From Trichosphaerium sp. ATCC 40318 (lineage: Eukaryota > Protista > Tubulinea): a stretch of DNA of 64,000 nt. Shown piece after piece: positions 60,385-64,000 of this stretch. The notes below the pieces were generated by a model. It searched no databases and was not told where the DNA came from. It worked only from the letters and a program-made list of their open reading frames with translations. Each line of letters starts with the position of its first letter. The stretch's first letter is position 1. Location: contig JALMLS010000065.1 in assembly GCA_038496445.1 (NCBI GenBank), positions 186,001-250,000 on the forward strand, in the 5' to 3' direction. The translations under genes and the position numbers were made by a program.

Positions 60385-63300
60385 TTAGTGAGCCTGATTG
60401 ATTTCATTGAGTTCATCATCATCCATGTCTTCTGGGTCATTACTCTCAGTTGAAATGCTGTCAATTAAAACATAGTTGATTTCAATATTATCATCGTCAA
60501 GATCACCTTCTTCATCTTCATCATCACTATCATCACTATCATCACCACCTTCATCATCGCTACCGCCCCAATAAATAGGTTGCATTAATGAATCTTCAAG
60601 TCTGCTTAAGTTCGTTTGGAACTCTTTGAAATCCTCTTGGGTAAGTTTTGGAATAGGGGCGGCATCATGCTTGTTTTGAGCGTCAACTGAACCAGACCAA
60701 GGATTACTTTCACTTGTTTCTAAAGGCAATTATTAGTATTAAAAACCTTCCATGTACTACACAAAAAACAGTACAGACTAGAACAAATCATATGTTTTCA
60801 ACAACAGTGATAAAAAAACTGCGCTTTTGTTTCAGAGAAATTGCTGCAACCTGTTACCTTTTTCGGTGTCTACCGTGTCTACCTTGTCTACATTTTTGTC
60901 TTGTTCTTTTGACATTATTAAACCATTTTCACAATAATGTGTCATTGCAAACTAGTACAATAGAGATAAGCAACAACAAAAGAACAGGTTTACTAAAAAT
61001 AAAAATAGAAATTATAAAGAAACTCTTACACAGCCTGCAGTCCATTGTTCTAGCAAATCGATTTTATATTTCCATATCTTCTTGGCCATATCAAGAGGTA
61101 ACCTTGCGTCAACATCAATAAAAAACCCAAACGTTAGTTGTAACCTATTCAAAATGTTAACACATTGAGCAATACTTTCAAAAAATAAACATTTAAAACA
61201 AAACCAACAGGTAGCTTACTGCAAGAAAGTTTCAGCAGCTTTTTCTTCAGTTGCAAGCTTATCAGGAGCCAAAAACGCTTGAGGACTCTAATTAAAAAAG
61301 GTTAGGAAAGCAAGACCAAACCAACTTCTTTCTTTTCAAAGTTTGTACAGGAAATGAAACATACTCTTTGTGTGTGCAGTGCTAACAAACCTTCTGTTCT
61401 AGCTTGGAGAACTCTCTCTGTTGGAATATTGTTGCCAATATCAGGCGATTGCTACAATCAAAAGAATGAGATAAGACCACCACATGATTCAGAAAAACTG
61501 TACCACAAGTGCTGTGTAGCAAAGTGTTGCCATATCTAATAAAACAGCGTAATCTGGGCCATAGTCGCTAATTTCTTCGTCCTGTCTTGTAGTAATACCC
61601 ATATGTCTTGTTAAAGTTCTCATTGCTTCCAATGAAGCTCTATACATTGGATGATCTGGTTCCTCCTCCTAAATATATTTGTTGGAATAAAAAAAAAAGA
61701 AGAAAAAGGTTTAACTAAAAGTCTTTTAGGTTGATGACAACGTACACATTCACAATGGACCTTTATAATCATCAAAGATAAAATAATAGATTTATCTCGC
61801 TTGTATTCCCTAAGAAAAACAACTATTCAGTACCAAGGAAGTTGGCTAGTACAACAACAATATTAAAAACAAAAGTTAATAAAGAACTTACAACACTCGT
61901 ATTCGTCTTTGTACCAAATCAAGCAAAAAATAAAGCTTAGCATCCGCACAAAGGCACTCTGTTCTAATCTATACGATAGTAAATAAGTTGTTAAATAAGC
62001 ACGTGTGATGTTATTTTCTCTCACAAAACAGAGAAAGCAAACAAACCTTTAGCTTTATTTTAGCTTCTTCTAGTGAAAGATGTTCATACATATTCCATAA
62101 AACGAGTTCTCTTCCAAACACATCATTCACTGCTTGCTTTAAATTGCTTAAAGAAAAGGTACTTAGCACGTTGTACTTGTTTTACTTGCTAAGCCACGTA
62201 CATTAAGTCTTTCATGTTGGTGTCAGGTTTCTCTACAATACGGAGTCAATGACAAGCTGTAGTAACTAAATAGACATACCTATAATCCCCATTAAACGTT
62301 CAAGCTCTTCAATACCAGTAAAGCGCTTTGGCTCTACACCAAAGCAGCTTGCAAGAACAGCATTGTATTGAATTTGCTGAGCAGTGTAGTATCTACCGGA
62401 TGCAGCTTCAAATAACCTTTAAACATCATCAGTATGCTTGTATTTTAAAGTATGAGTAATTGCTACATACTTGAGGTACTCTCCATGGCTTGTGTATGTG
62501 CCTTGGTTTTTTGGATCATTTTGAAATGACACCAAGTCAAAAATAAATGGTACAGCTCCAAAGTTAACATCTAACGTCTCTCCATGACAATGCAAAGCCA
62601 TAAAAGGATGGTGATACCCCAGTTCCTTTTCGTCCATAACAGGGTATATACCTGACACTTTGCCATTCAATGTGAAAAATACTGAGAAAAAAATGAGATT
62701 AAAAAGGAAAGAAAAAAGAGGCCGAACCTTGTTTTGTTTCATAATTTATTCCACACCTTTTAAATACTTGTTAGTTTATTTAATACCTATAAGCCTTACC
62801 CAATGACATCATTATCATGAAATAAGTCTCCAACTTCCTTTCCAAAACGAGAATCTGAGATATGAATGCCACCAGTATCTGTTTGAAAATGTCAAACAAC
62901 TTTTTCACAAATCTGCAAAGAACTAACCCGCATGATATCCATAAGTGGCAGGAGCCCATCCAGGATATATCCTCGGAAAGTTTTAGAATAAAGCACCGTA
63001 ATAATCTTGCTTACTTGCTTAAACCTTGTGGAGCAAATCCAACACCACAAAATCGAAGTCTGTCTCTACAATGAATTGATAAGAACTTGTTATAAAATTG
63101 CATTGTAGCGATGATTCATACTCTGTAATGTTTCCCAAAAGCTTAACTTCATAATAAGCAGTGTTTCCGCGACCAATTGGCAATGGATAAAGAGGTGTCG
63201 TGCCAGTAAGGTTCTTAATGTAAATGTCAGAAATTGTTTTCTTAATGTTTCGGCTGAACTCACTCCTATGTGTTCTCGTGGTACGTTAGTGCTGTCTGGC

Positions 63301-63813
63301 ACAATACCTGGTAGTCCTTTAAACACTGCAAGAAGCGGAGATCGCAATTCCACAAGTTCTAAGCAAGATTCGTTACAAACGCGTGGGTAATCTACAAAAC
63401 AAACCCGTCGTGTCTTCTGTAACCTTCAACGTGTTTCTTAACACGCCTGCTTTATAAATCGCAACAAATAATCGCTTACATGTGACACTGTACTAGCAAG
63501 TTAATAATATACCGTAGTTAAACAGTTATACGCGTCTTACGCGGCATCAGGCGATTGTTTATCCAACAGATTAATTTCTGGTACACCAGCTGAGTAAATG
63601 GTGTGTAATACAGCTTTCCAGAAGTATTTCGATTCCAGAAGCCTTGAGAAGCGTTTACATGTTTTCAATAAGTTTATGAACGAAGGTATTGTTCTCGACA
63701 CGAATCTAAAGGCGTAAGCGCTTAGTTACAGCGAAACAAGCTATTACGCACTTTGATAAAGCATTAGTTACAATGTCATCTGGTACAGACACAAATAATG
63801 CTGTAGTACTCAT
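60385..63813 (-). CDS. F-box + SPRY domain protein, copy 2, with acidic C-terminal tail
   Basis: MSTTALFVSVPDDIV..; SPRY exons nearly identical to copy 1; D/E-rich tail SDDEGGDDSDDSDDEDEEGD. Confidence 0.8.
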
Positions 63814-64000
63814 AGTATCACTTACTGTACACTCAAACGAATCGTTGACTACTAATCATTGTTTGTGAGCATTCACGTAACTTAAGAGTGACAACTTTTT
63901 TTCGGCGTTGCCTGTGAAAGATTTTAACGTAACGGTGTATAACGGAGCTTTTGTTTACAAACAAACAAGTTTTATTCTTCGGAACTGATTTTTTTTTCTC

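Noticed and set aside
60500-60560. tcatca/ctatca tandem repeat
   Set aside because: Simply encodes the Asp/Glu tail of the F-box/SPRY protein.
1-64000. Alternative genetic code or RNA editing to explain the short ORFs
   Set aside because: Short GT/GC-AG introns account for the interruptions; TAA, TAG and TGA all terminate genes.

Overview
Gene-dense, AT-rich (roughly 35% GC by eye) eukaryotic nuclear DNA with many short spliceosomal introns (mostly 40-100 nt, donors GTA[C/A/T]G, CTAAC/CTAAT branch points) and the standard genetic code. Gene content (Shk-type kinase+SH2, PH-Akt, coactosin-like, DUF4246) suggests a free-living amoebozoan or similar protist; this is inference. About 25 intron-split genes were reconstructed by hand, so exon boundaries are approximate. 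Best candidate for an undescribed system: a helicase-less Dicer-like gene (~41170-46186) with an apparently dead 3'-5' exonuclease domain, a dsRBD and a RIG-I-like Zn-binding C-terminal regulatory domain upstream of platform/PAZ and two intact RNase III domains. Other highlights: a secreted jacalin-aerolysin (natterin/Dln1-like) pore-forming toxin; four copies of a secreted bacterial-type (V8/Mpr-like) serine protease, two of them in a ~3.2 kb inverted duplication with gene-conversion mosaicism; recurrent GC-AG introns with a GCACGT donor; and strong CACGTG enrichment. No rRNA, tRNA, CRISPR or recognisable transposon was found.
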